In this document: piece after piece, positions 1 to 8,758 of the stretch
Layout: each line of letters starts with the position of its first letter
How positions within the stretch are numbered: position 1 is the first letter of the stretch
Assembly: GCA_963720265.1 (NCBI GenBank)
Contig: CAVRET010000002.1
Span: 392,704-456,703, forward strand
Length of the DNA: 64,000 nucleotides
DNA from: an uncultured bacterium
Lineage (GTDB): Bacteria > Patescibacteriota > Saccharimonadia > UBA4664
Direction: 5' to 3'
The notes under the pieces: generated by a model
The model's database searches: none
The model's input: only the letters and a program-made list of their open reading frames with translations
What the model was told of the DNA's origin: nothing
Position numbers and translations under genes: made by a program

Positions 1-48
1 AGGTTTTGGCCTGCCATAGACTAGATCCAAATAGGAGGCCGTACGGCT

Positions 49-1041
49 GTGCCAACAAAAACTGCAAAATCAAAAACAACCAGACGTAAAAGTTCGTCCG
101 GCCTGATGACCCCATCAAGGAAATCGTGGCTTATGTTACGAGGCCGATCGGCGAGGTCAATTACCACCATCGCCTTCGCCCTCCTGTTCGTCGTAGTTGG
201 CGGCTACATGCTTTACAACGCCACCCGCGCCGCCTCTCAACCTGAACTCAAGTCCGACCTAGCGGGGGGCTACTGCCTCACCGACGATAACAATGGTGGC
301 GCAGGCTCACTTGTTTCAGCCTATTTGTGTAACGGAGGAGCTGACCAGTACTTCAGCACCCGCAGCGCCGCGAACGGCCCCGAACTCGCCGTCGGCGCGG
401 GCTGCCTGGTACCCCAAGGCAGTTCCTCCACCAGACTTGGTGGCCCTGATGTCGCCATTGGCTCGTGCGGAAGCTCCACTGCCGACGCTGCTTGGGGTGG
501 TCTCTGGACGACAGGGACCTCCGGTGACGGCAATAGGTACTACAGGAACAATCGCACCGGAGAGTGTCTGCATGCTACTGCCGGTAGCTCAGTCACCGTC
601 GCCGCCTGTGACACTGGCGCTGCCAGCATGCAGTGGATTCCCTCTACCTACAGTAGTAGTGGCACGCCACCACCAACGCCAGGTACTAGCACGGGCTGCT
701 ATGGCAAGACGCTGGCGTTGGGTGCAAGCGGATCATGCGTGACGGATGCTCAGATAATAGTTGCATTCGCAGCTCCGGGCCAATCCATGGTGGTTAACGG
801 TAGCTTCGGCACCCCGACCCAGTCCGCTGTTGAGCTATTCCAAAAAATAGCCGTATCGGGCAACGGCGTGACAGTGGGTGCCATTCCTGTGACTGGCAAG
901 ATCGATACCGCTACATGGGGCAAGCTATGCACCGTCGGTACGGTGATAGCAACATCAACTGCGAGGATAGAATCGCCACCACTCACGGGACCGTATTATA
1001 ACGTTCGTGACGCGGCCATAAACGCCGGCTGCCCAAACTAG
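49..1041 (+). CDS. Membrane-anchored/secreted protein with ricin-B lectin-like domain and C-terminal peptidoglycan-binding-like domain
   Basis: Basic N-terminus plus TM helix; Cys-containing beta-trefoil-like repeats (GYCL, ECLH, MQW); Pro/Thr linker; PG_binding_1-like motif LGASGSCV..Q..GSFGTPTQSAVELFQ..VTGKID..TW; AGGAGG upstream. Confidence 0.6.
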   Translation: MPTKTAKSKTTRRKSSSGLMTPSRKSWLMLRGRSARSITTIAFALLFVVVGGYMLYNATRAASQPELKSDLAGGYCLTDDNNGGAGSLVSAYLCNGGADQYFSTRSAANGPELAVGAGCLVPQGSSSTRLGGPDVAIGSCGSSTADAAWGGLWTTGTSGDGNRYYRNNRTGECLHATAGSSVTVAACDTGAASMQWIPSTYSSSGTPPPTPGTSTGCYGKTLALGASGSCVTDAQIIVAFAAPGQSMVVNGSFGTPTQSAVELFQKIAVSGNGVTVGAIPVTGKIDTATWGKLCTVGTVIATSTARIESPPLTGPYYNVRDAAINAGCPN

Positions 1042-1062
1042 CATAACTGTAACGAAAAAAGA

Positions 1063-1094
1063 CAAACCGCTCGCACATCACTGCGAGCGGTTTG
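1063..1094. terminator. 13-bp stem hairpin after the lectin gene
   Basis: CAAACCGCTCGCA / TGCGAGCGGTTTG, preceded by an A-tract. Confidence 0.65.
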
Positions 1095-1143
1095 CGGTAC
1101 CGGCCTCCCTTTCGTGTCCGCGCCTCGCCGGTATAGTATCGAG

Positions 1144-1316
1144 GTCAAAACCCAAACCACGGCAGTGTGGCTCAATGGTGGCTTCGACGAGAACAGCGAC
1201 GACGGACTCATCTGGGTCCAGCCGGCCACCCTACTAGCTCCGCCCTGATACGGTTCCACTGAGATCCGACTAGGCCTACCAAGAAATCATCCAAGAGCCA
1301 ACACGGCTCTTTTTTC
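1144..1316 (+). ncRNA. Candidate small RNA with tRNA(CAU)-like blocks
   Basis: -10 TATAGT 1132-1137; intrinsic terminator 1293-1316; no convincing ORF; collinear blocks shared with the tRNA at 3016. Confidence 0.3.
1293..1316 (+). terminator. Rho-independent terminator
   Basis: AAGAGCC-aacac-GGCTCTT followed by T-tract. Confidence 0.75.
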
Positions 1317-1403
1317 TTCTCCAAAATTAATGGTATAACTACCTAGTTATCGAGGCTACTCGACAACGTCCATCCACATCGGGCCAATGGTTAGAGGTGA
1401 GCC

Positions 1404-2012
1404 ATGCTAGACGAACCCACGATGTACGCGCTGGTAGAAAACACTCCACAGGCTGCGGAACTATATGAACGCCGTGCTTTCCCACACGGAAGCTATCGGA
1501 ACAAGGTTGGCACTATATTCGTCCCAATCGGAGCATCTACGGGCCTCTATGAGATCCCCGAGGTAATACAGTCGCTGCAACCCAAGACGACGTTCAAGCT
1601 GAAGCTCCAGGAGCGAGGAGAGAGTGGTGCCTGGGTGTCTGTCGTGACGGGGTGGGCGGCCACGCCGCTCAGGCCGATCAAAGCCACCGCACGACCATGT
1701 GCCGGTGATTGGCACATTGGAGGCAATTTTATCGGTGACCAAATCGGCCGTGTCGCGGTCGAGTGGGACACACGCCGTTTCGCCGTTCAGGCCGAACGCT
1801 GGCGCCTAGCTCAAACGGAAACCGCTCAAGTGTCCCTGGTGCGCCAGCAGCGAGCGATCATAGGAGGTAGCACCTTCGACGATCGATCATTGCCCGTCCA
1901 ACCCCGACTCCCTGGACATCTCTCTGAGCTGTCGCCAGCCCTCGCGGCACTCTGGGAGCGAATGCACTGTCCAGGGTGCAATAATCTGCACTACTGGATG
2001 GCGAGAAGGTGA
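1404..2012 (+). CDS. Hypothetical protein (ORFan)
   Basis: 202-aa ORF, SD AGAGGTG, own -10 (TATAAC), 14-bp hairpin 2008-2038. Confidence 0.65.
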   Translation: MLDEPTMYALVENTPQAAELYERRAFPHGSYRNKVGTIFVPIGASTGLYEIPEVIQSLQPKTTFKLKLQERGESGAWVSVVTGWAATPLRPIKATARPCAGDWHIGGNFIGDQIGRVAVEWDTRRFAVQAERWRLAQTETAQVSLVRQQRAIIGGSTFDDRSLPVQPRLPGHLSELSPALAALWERMHCPGCNNLHYWMARR

Positions 2013-2115
2013 GCTCCCGCATTATGCGGGAGCTCACCGCTCCAGCCCGCCCGTGCCCGCTACCAAAGGGATTATCTAGCCGCCGCTCTGGCGGTCTCTT
2101 TGTACCTAGCTTAAG

Positions 2116-3009
2116 ATGAGGGAAATGAAGCCCACCGTTTCAATCATCATGCCCGCCTTAAATCGCGGGCACATCATCGCCCAGGCCATTCAGACCGTTC
2201 TCGACCAAACCAATCCCAACTGGGAGCTCGTTGTGGTGGACGACGGCTCCACCGACGGCACGGCTGAAGTGGTGAAGCGCATCGCCGGCACCGACGCCCG
2301 CATTCACTACCATTACCAGCCCAACGCCGGCCCGGCCGCGGCCCGCAACGCCGGTATCGGGTTCGCCACCGCGCCCTGGATAGCGCACTTCGACTCCGAT
2401 GACGAGCTTAAGCCGGATTATCTTGATACGATGCTTACCCACCTGCGCCATCACCAGGAGGCTTCTTTTGCCGTCCCTGGCGGCCGCCTCATTCAGGATC
2501 TCTATCAAAACGGCCGGCACATCGCCTGCCGTGACCGCGGCCAAATCTTTCCAAATCCCCCTCACCTCCAAGACTTCTATCACCGTCGCGTGCCGTTCTA
2601 TACCATCGGCTTCATGCACGCTCGCCACTTGGCTAAGGACGGAGCTCGTTTTGACTCCACCCTACCTGGCAAAGACGACTGGGACATGCTCATGCGACTC
2701 GGCGAACTCGCTCCTGCCGGGTATACGTTTGTCTCAGGAAACTTGTTTACCTACCGCCAAACCTTTGGCTCCGACGGCCGCATTGGCGCCGGCTCCTACG
2801 CCACCCGGGCCAGCAAGCTCGAAGCCATCTGGCGCAAGCACCGGTTCGACCGGCTGATGCGCGGCCAAACTTGGTACCCGGCCGAGGTCCAGCATTGGCA
2901 AGAATTGGAGCAGCGCTTCCGTGCCGACGAAATCCCACCCGTTGAGCTTTATGACTTCCCCGAATACTGGCCAAAACCACACGAATCAATATATAATCGT
3001 CCCTTGTAA
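2116..3009 (+). CDS. Glycosyltransferase family 2 (start may be 2125)
   Basis: VSIIMPALN, VVDDGSTDGT, NAGPAAARNAG, FDSDD motifs. Confidence 0.9.
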   Translation: MREMKPTVSIIMPALNRGHIIAQAIQTVLDQTNPNWELVVVDDGSTDGTAEVVKRIAGTDARIHYHYQPNAGPAAARNAGIGFATAPWIAHFDSDDELKPDYLDTMLTHLRHHQEASFAVPGGRLIQDLYQNGRHIACRDRGQIFPNPPHLQDFYHRRVPFYTIGFMHARHLAKDGARFDSTLPGKDDWDMLMRLGELAPAGYTFVSGNLFTYRQTFGSDGRIGAGSYATRASKLEAIWRKHRFDRLMRGQTWYPAEVQHWQELEQRFRADEIPPVELYDFPEYWPKPHESIYNRPL

Positions 3010-3015
3010 GCACAT

Positions 3016-3084
<69 letters not shown>

Positions 3085-3090
<6 letters not shown>

Positions 3091-3106
3091 TAGTACTTAT
3101 GCTTAT
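3085..3106 (+). repeat. att junction A (tRNA 3' end, attL-like)
   Basis: CCACCA-TAGTACTTATGCTTAT. Confidence 0.8.
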
Positions 3107-3129
3107 TTCCTGCTGTTATAATGTCTGGC

Positions 3130-3780
3130 ATGGCAAAGACATCATCGATGAAGAAGATACTGGGTGAGGTGGAGTTTTTGCTTGAGCGATATTCAAAGGA
3201 ACGCCGAGCCACTACCCAGCCGTTTCTTCTCGAAGTCGTTCAACAAAAGTTTAAGGATTATCGGTATAATCCAGCAGACCTGCTAGTGCGTGAAACCCTA
3301 ATCGAGCACGTGGGCTCTCTCCCGATAGTGGCAACGGCTCTCTTCCCGTATATCGATGACCAGGATGTGGACTTGGGTAAGGCGCTTGTTATGCTTGCGA
3401 TTCACGATATCGGCGAGCTTGCCACCGGAGACGAGATTACCTTTACCAAGAAGTCAGAGTCAGCAGCAGCCGAGCAACACGAAGCTCTCAAATTGCTGCC
3501 CAAGCAATATCATGAACTTTATCTCGACGTTGAATCTAAGTCCTCCCAGACTGCTAAATTTGCTAAGGCGATTGATAAAATCACTCCGGACATACTAGAC
3601 TACCTCACTCCGGGTAATATTACGGTGCCTCGTCTGCGTCACTTTGTTGGGATAGGGAAAGAGGAAATTGTAGACACCATCGTCAAACATAAGCGTCCTT
3701 ACATGCTCTGGAATCCGTTTATGACTGAGTTCCATGTTTACTTGATGGAGTGCCTGTCCGAAAAACTCTCGAACGATTAA
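3130..3780 (+). CDS. HD-domain phosphohydrolase (YfbR/HD_3-like)
   Basis: ETLIEH..., LAIHDIGE..TGD, AKAIDK motifs; extended -10 TGTTATAAT 7 nt before ATG 3130. Confidence 0.85.
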   Translation: MAKTSSMKKILGEVEFLLERYSKERRATTQPFLLEVVQQKFKDYRYNPADLLVRETLIEHVGSLPIVATALFPYIDDQDVDLGKALVMLAIHDIGELATGDEITFTKKSESAAAEQHEALKLLPKQYHELYLDVESKSSQTAKFAKAIDKITPDILDYLTPGNITVPRLRHFVGIGKEEIVDTIVKHKRPYMLWNPFMTEFHVYLMECLSEKLSND

Positions 3781-3789
3781 GTTGCTGAC

Positions 3790-5511
3790 CTAGTTCCATA
3801 CAATACTGGTAGTGTTGTTGGCCTCAGTACTGCTTAAGCCAGCGTACCAAGCGTGCAGTTCATCCCATACCTGGTTCCATTGAAACCCATCCAAGTCCAC
3901 CAATGTACGACTATTAGAACCGGAGCCAAATAAAAAGGCTTCCCCAAGCAACTTCGACCCTTTGGTCGATTTTTGCGTTTTAAGAGCTAGTTTTTGGGTA
4001 GCCAGTGCTTCTTTAACGTTTCGTAATGTGTTAAAAGGCTCAGCGGCCTTTCCATCGGCTTTAATCTCATCGTCCACCCGGTCAACCAATATCCGCTCGA
4101 AAATCGCCTGATTTATACGTTTGCGTATAATATCCGGTGCGACTTTGTAGGCCGAAGAGGCCTGCTTCATGAGCTCAATCGCAGCCTCTACGTGCTTCTC
4201 CAAGTCGCCAACATCCCTAGAGGCCATCTTAAGGGATGATTCGGCTTGCCGAATATCTTTGGCCAGTTGTTGCTGTTCTTGGGCTACCAAGTCGTCGGTA
4301 AGCTTGCCCGCGTAAAACAACTGCATGAGCTTATGCCGCGAGGCTGTCAGCTGTTGGATGCGTGTCGTTTGCCGCGTGACCTCTTTGTTTGCCGTCTCAC
4401 GGTCATCTTTGAGCAGCCCATGAATTGCCGCCTTAACATCCGAAGCCTCCTCCCCGGACAAATACACCCAACGATATTGCCGCTCAATGACCTGTTCTAC
4501 TTCGGCCACCGGCAAATATGGTAGGTCGCAGCTGGCATATTTCGTAGTCTTGCCGACGCAAAAGTAATACGGATACGTCTTACCGTAGGTGAAGCACAAC
4601 CGGAAGCCGCATCTCCCACAATATATTGTGCTTCTGAGGTAATGGTCGTATTTGCGTGACCTGTCCCCGGCCAGTTTTGCTTTCAGCATGTCCTGGACGC
4701 GCTGGAACAGATCTGGAGGCACGATTGGCTCATGCTTACCGTCATACGCTATCCCCCGGTATTTAAGCTTTCCGGCGTAGTACTCATTGCGCAGTAGCAC
4801 ATTGAGCCCACTCACCCCCAAACTTTTTGCCCCCGATGATTTATGCGGCCGTGCCGTTAGCCCTTTAGCATCGAGAATATCTACCAAATGCACCAGGGAG
4901 TACTGACCGGTGGCGTATTGCTCAAACGCAAACCGCACTAGCTCAGCCCGTTCGGGATCTAGCACCACGGTCTTTACCTCATGCCCTTCGACGATCTGGC
5001 GCGCGTTCACATAACCCAACGGCGCTTTATACGGCGTCCGGCCCAGCCGAGCTTTAATGGTCGCCCCTTTGATAACCTCATCGCTCAGATTATCTACATA
5101 GTATTCAGCCATATTCGCGAGCATACGCTCCATGAACTTGCCGGACGCCGAATCGTCAATGTGCTCAGACACGGATACCAGGCGCACGCCGTCCTCTAGA
5201 AGCGCATACTTCATGTTGGCATAGTCCCGTGTATTTCGGGCCAGGCGGTCGATCCGGTGAAAGATTGCCAGGTCAACATCTTTTGACTCGTGAACGAACT
5301 TCAGCATGGCTTGTAGTTCAGTTCGGTCGGCAAACTTTGCGCTTTCTCCCCGGTCCACGAACTCGCGCACCACTTCTGCTCCCAACTCCTCGGCCTTTTG
5401 GTGACAGGCTTCGCGCTGGGCCGGAATGCTGTATCCTTCCATGTCCAAGCCTTTTCGGGCTTGGTCGAGGGTTGAAACCCTTAAATATATAACGGCTTTC
5501 TTCATAGGCAC
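3790..5511 (-). CDS. Large serine recombinase (integrase)
   Basis: YLRVST catalytic motif, RIDRLAR, recombinase domain (APLGY), Zn ribbon CGRCG..YYFC..C, coiled coil; start may be 5505. Confidence 0.95.
   Translation of the reverse strand: MPMKKAVIYLRVSTLDQARKGLDMEGYSIPAQREACHQKAEELGAEVVREFVDRGESAKFADRTELQAMLKFVHESKDVDLAIFHRIDRLARNTRDYANMKYALLEDGVRLVSVSEHIDDSASGKFMERMLANMAEYYVDNLSDEVIKGATIKARLGRTPYKAPLGYVNARQIVEGHEVKTVVLDPERAELVRFAFEQYATGQYSLVHLVDILDAKGLTARPHKSSGAKSLGVSGLNVLLRNEYYAGKLKYRGIAYDGKHEPIVPPDLFQRVQDMLKAKLAGDRSRKYDHYLRSTIYCGRCGFRLCFTYGKTYPYYFCVGKTTKYASCDLPYLPVAEVEQVIERQYRWVYLSGEEASDVKAAIHGLLKDDRETANKEVTRQTTRIQQLTASRHKLMQLFYAGKLTDDLVAQEQQQLAKDIRQAESSLKMASRDVGDLEKHVEAAIELMKQASSAYKVAPDIIRKRINQAIFERILVDRVDDEIKADGKAAEPFNTLRNVKEALATQKLALKTQKSTKGSKLLGEAFLFGSGSNSRTLVDLDGFQWNQVWDELHAWYAGLSSTEANNTTSIVWN
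3873..3920 (+). repeat. att junction B, inside the 3' end of the recombinase ORF
   Basis: GGTTCCATTGAAACCCATCCAAGT-CCACCA-ATGTACGACTATTAG; tRNA T-arm-like left arm. Confidence 0.6.
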
Positions 5512-5565
5512 GATTCTCCTGTTTAGTTCCGGAGAGGATACCAGATCTGAAGCGGATGGAAAGAG

Positions 5566-5922
5566 CTAATCCGGCCCAATCGTCTTATCTCGTGCATCAA
5601 ATAGGTAAATCTGCCGATCACCAGTAATAACGGTCGTGCCAAGCTGCCCGATTCGCAGGATGAGATCGTGGTACCGAGCACGTTTAGTCAGGTACCGGCC
5701 GCGGCTGGCAATGGCCAGGTCTATGGGTGTTTGCTCAAGATACGCCAGCATAACGTCAAGTCCTGGCCTCACTGCCGCGTCGGCCTTTACTCCGGCATCG
5801 ACAAACTCGGCCTCGATAACCGCACCGAGCTGAATAGCCATATCCTGACAAGCAATCCGTTGCTGCTCAATGGGCTCATCGTTTTTTATTGGCTGAACAC
5901 AAATATATAACCGCATGCACAA
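5566..5922 (-). CDS. Small resolvase N-terminal-like protein lacking the catalytic Ser motif
   Basis: IEQQRIACQ..EFVDAGV..RPGLDVML..IDLAI mirrors the LSR N-domain, but YxRVS is replaced by YICVQ. Confidence 0.7.
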   Translation of the reverse strand: MCMRLYICVQPIKNDEPIEQQRIACQDMAIQLGAVIEAEFVDAGVKADAAVRPGLDVMLAYLEQTPIDLAIASRGRYLTKRARYHDLILRIGQLGTTVITGDRQIYLFDARDKTIGPD

Positions 5923-5982
5923 TACTAACCCTCGTTGTTGGAGGAGGAAGATACCAGAAAGTGGCTGAATTACAGAGGAACG

Positions 5983-6831
5983 TTACTTCTGGGCCAACCC
6001 CGACATCCGCTTAATGAGCAGCGCATATGTGTCCTCATGTTGTAGCAAAACCGTAAAGATCGAACCTAGGTCTTGGTATGGCGAGCGTTTGCGTACTTCT
6101 TTGCGAATATATTCTTCCATACGTTGCTCGCGGTCTTCGTCAAGCACTAAAAATACCACGCGCGGAAAGATGCCATCATAGTACTTCTGCTCCCGCCCTG
6201 TATGAAAATAGTCGCAGTACTGCTTAACTTTTTCACCAATCCGCTCTAGTCGCTCGGTTCCCATGTCGACCTCAATGAATCGGGGGAAGAGTTTGCCCTT
6301 GTCGGTGAGTACCACGAATGCGTCAGGCCGCAGTATCTGATCCTTGCCCCAAGAGAATCGTCGCCAACAATGCGGCTCAGCCACGAATTGCTTCAACGTG
6401 GGCGTCCACTCGGCATCAGATCGTTCCCGGTATGTGACGTATAGTTCGGTAACCGCCAGCCGGTGCTTAAGAAACGGTGCTTCTGGGTAGGGATCGCGCC
6501 AGTAATTAGGCTTATCCGGCATGGCAATCACCTGTCCTACTCGGTCGAGTGCGTAACAATACGGATCTGATCCACCGCCCAGGCCGCCGTTTGGTAATCG
6601 CCATCGGACAACTACTTCGAGGTCCTTTAGTTTCCGTAAGGCGATATTGCGCATCCGTACGCGAGACAAGGATGTGCCGGTAGCAAAGTGCAATCGCTCA
6701 ATCTGCTGACTGGTTGCAATTCTGACAAGTGCTAAGGCCTTGATGATATCTAGTGCCTTTGGTGACAGTTGCTGCCGAATGGTATAAACTCGGTTACCCG
6801 TGAGGCGTGAAGATTTAATCAAGATATACAC
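5983..6831 (-). CDS. Replication-relaxation family protein (Replic_Relax-like)
   Basis: N-terminal wHTH (ATSQQIERLHF), HRLAVTELYV, EPHCWR, LRPDAF, FIEVDMGTE motifs. Confidence 0.85.
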   Translation of the reverse strand: MYILIKSSRLTGNRVYTIRQQLSPKALDIIKALALVRIATSQQIERLHFATGTSLSRVRMRNIALRKLKDLEVVVRWRLPNGGLGGGSDPYCYALDRVGQVIAMPDKPNYWRDPYPEAPFLKHRLAVTELYVTYRERSDAEWTPTLKQFVAEPHCWRRFSWGKDQILRPDAFVVLTDKGKLFPRFIEVDMGTERLERIGEKVKQYCDYFHTGREQKYYDGIFPRVVFLVLDEDREQRMEEYIRKEVRKRSPYQDLGSIFTVLLQHEDTYALLIKRMSGLAQK

Positions 6832-7016
6832 CCTTTAGGGTTATATATAGTTGCTCCCACTATTTGACCTCGGATGCTTTTCCCAAGTCGAAACTGGCGT
6901 TCCGTCAACGAGGCGAGAGGAGGCACCATTGGAACACCTGATTGTAGCTTATTCCGCCCACCCGGAGCAGTTTCCAAATCGCTCAAGGCGACATGAGTGA
7001 TGGGTTGTTTTGTCAT
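6819..7016 (-). CDS. Small hypothetical protein
   Basis: SD GAAAGGGGG before ATG; overlaps the relaxase start. Confidence 0.4.
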   Translation of the reverse strand: MTKQPITHVALSDLETAPGGRNKLQSGVPMVPPLASLTERQFRLGKSIRGQIVGATIYNPKGCIS

Positions 7017-7021
7017 ATTTG

Positions 7022-7055
7022 CCCCCTTTCGCAGTTGTGATGGATCACTGTAGCG
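7022..7055. repeat. 34-bp imperfect direct repeat, copy 1 (promoter/RBS-like on the minus strand)
   Basis: CCCCCTTTCGC-N4-GTGATGGATCACTGTAGCG. Confidence 0.85.
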
Positions 7056-7199
7056 ATGAGGAGCGGATTAAGCAAGGGGCGCCTCCGACTCTGATTGTGG
7101 TGGTACAATTCGGGCAAGTATGGAAGTCATAGGCGCGTTGTCTAATATGTGAGGCTAAGTGGAATATACAAGGTTGTTACCCTTGGCAGAAGGTGAACT

Positions 7200-7505
7200 A
7201 TGGAAGGTTACGACAGATATACAATTTGGGGGCCAATTAACCAGCGGCGAGATGCGCAGCGAGGCAAGTATGCCGAGATAGAGCGCGCTCAAGCTGGTCT
7301 GAACAAACTTCGCACAAAGAATAGCCGCGAAATCGATCGAATAGCCCAAGAGGCTGATGCGCTGGCTGTTGAGTTTCACCGCTTGTACAACGAGGCGCAC
7401 GAAGCTTACGACAACGAAGATGGTGCCACAGACTTCCGAGTGTTGGATCGAATTGCTGAATATGCCATACGCACCCCCTTTCGCTCCGGTGATGGATCAC
7501 TGTAG
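7200..7505 (+). pseudogene. Probably truncated or chimeric helical protein
   Basis: Helical N-part; 3' end runs into repeat copy 2. Confidence 0.4.
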
Positions 7506-7507
7506 CG
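7474..7507. repeat. 34-bp imperfect direct repeat, copy 2
   Basis: 30/34 identical to 7022-7055. Confidence 0.85.
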
Positions 7508-7571
7508 GTGAAGTGGACATCAGGCGAGAGAGATTTACATTAGAGACAAGGACCAAAATCGACCAACCTGG

Positions 7572-7925
7572 CTATTTGCTTGCTGAAAGCGCCGCGCCGC
7601 CGTCAGAGCGAGTGCCTGGGGTGGGTAGTACATGCTGGGAGGTGAGCGTGATTGGGGCAAGCTCAGGGCTCCCGTGTGCCGCCATAGTCACTTCACCAAT
7701 AGACAATGAGAGTATCAGCGCTACAGATAAGGCGAAAATAGTGATGGCATATATACATACCAATCGTGGGAAATTAAATAGTTCAGGTACGCGGCTAGAG
7801 CGCTGGAGGTCATGTGTAGTCTCGATAATTACAATCTCTGGGTATGCCAAAGCTAATGCAATGGCCTTAACCAATTTTCGCTGGAGCGGATGCTGCTTGA
7901 GGTAAGGATAGATCGGGCTAGTCAT
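7572..7925 (-). CDS. Small membrane protein
   Basis: Hydrophobic segments; overlaps the upstream ORF stop; SD GAGGGAG. Confidence 0.55.
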   Translation of the reverse strand: MTSPIYPYLKQHPLQRKLVKAIALALAYPEIVIIETTHDLQRSSRVPELFNFPRLVCIYAITIFALSVALILSLSIGEVTMAAHGSPELAPITLTSQHVLPTPGTRSDGGAALSASK

Positions 7926-8289
7926 GGGTCTCCCTCCTTATTATCCATCCGAAAGAGTTCGTATGCATACTTAATATAAGAATCAAGCTTGCGACTAGAG
8001 AGCTCACGACTCCCGTTATAAATAACGGGACAGTACTCCAGTGCCACCACTGAACGGCCGCTTTGCCAATAATGCCAGCGATCGCGAACTTGAACAGGAT
8101 GGCGAGTATTAGAGAAAAAGCTCCCGTCAGGAAAGCCGACCATCGGAACGACAACTCGCTTCCGGCGAAAGCTTTGGTTAACTTGGCCGCCATGACAGCC
8201 AGCTCTGGCATTAGCACCAAGGCGCTCCCCACCATTGCCGGTATGATTTGGCTAATAACAGGAGAGCTCAGAAAGGCGCACGAAATCAT
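7918..8289 (-). CDS. Membrane protein (about 3 TM)
   Basis: Multiple hydrophobic helices. Confidence 0.55.
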   Translation of the reverse strand: MISCAFLSSPVISQIIPAMVGSALVLMPELAVMAAKLTKAFAGSELSFRWSAFLTGAFSLILAILFKFAIAGIIGKAAVQWWHWSTVPLFITGVVSSLVASLILILSMHTNSFGWIIRRETHD

Positions 8290-8447
8290 ATCTGCTATTC
8301 TACGATGCGGATGTTTGCTTTGGGAAGCCTAGCCCCTACGCGTTCCCTCCCTCACGTATGCCGGTTTATCAAATCCTGGGCAAGGATGCACTGGTTAAGG
8401 CCACAAATTGAAATTAGCCGGTCTGTGTGACCGGCTAAAGTGCACTG

Positions 8448-8618
8448 TTATTTTGCTGCCATGTGTTTCCACCAATCAATGCTCGTTATATTGGGCAATT
8501 CTGCCCCGCGGTTAAGCGAAACAATGACGAGCTCTGGGAACCCAACGGCCACAAAAATAATTAACAGTATCAACTTAGAGACAGAGATCTGCCCATCTTG
8601 TTGTTTGTCCTTACTCAT
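8448..8618 (-). CDS. Small single-TM protein
   Basis: SD AGGAGGG before ATG 8618; hairpin 8414-8438 downstream. Confidence 0.5.
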   Translation of the reverse strand: MSKDKQQDGQISVSKLILLIIFVAVGFPELVIVSLNRGAELPNITSIDWWKHMAAK

Positions 8619-8758
8619 TTGGTAGCCCTCCTGTGGCGCAGTGGGCCCAGGCCCATCTCTGAGCCTTAAGTAAAGTATGAGAACATACTGTACGCACAAT
8701 ACCGTCTGCTGTCAAGGCAGATGGTCGGCCCAAATCCGGCGCCATAGGTGCGGATTGT

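Noticed and set aside
1144-1316. tmRNA or SRP RNA
   Set aside because: Has GGCTTCGAC but no GGGG acceptor, T-arm/CCA end or tag ORF, and is too short for tmRNA; no SRP GNRA/AGCAG motif
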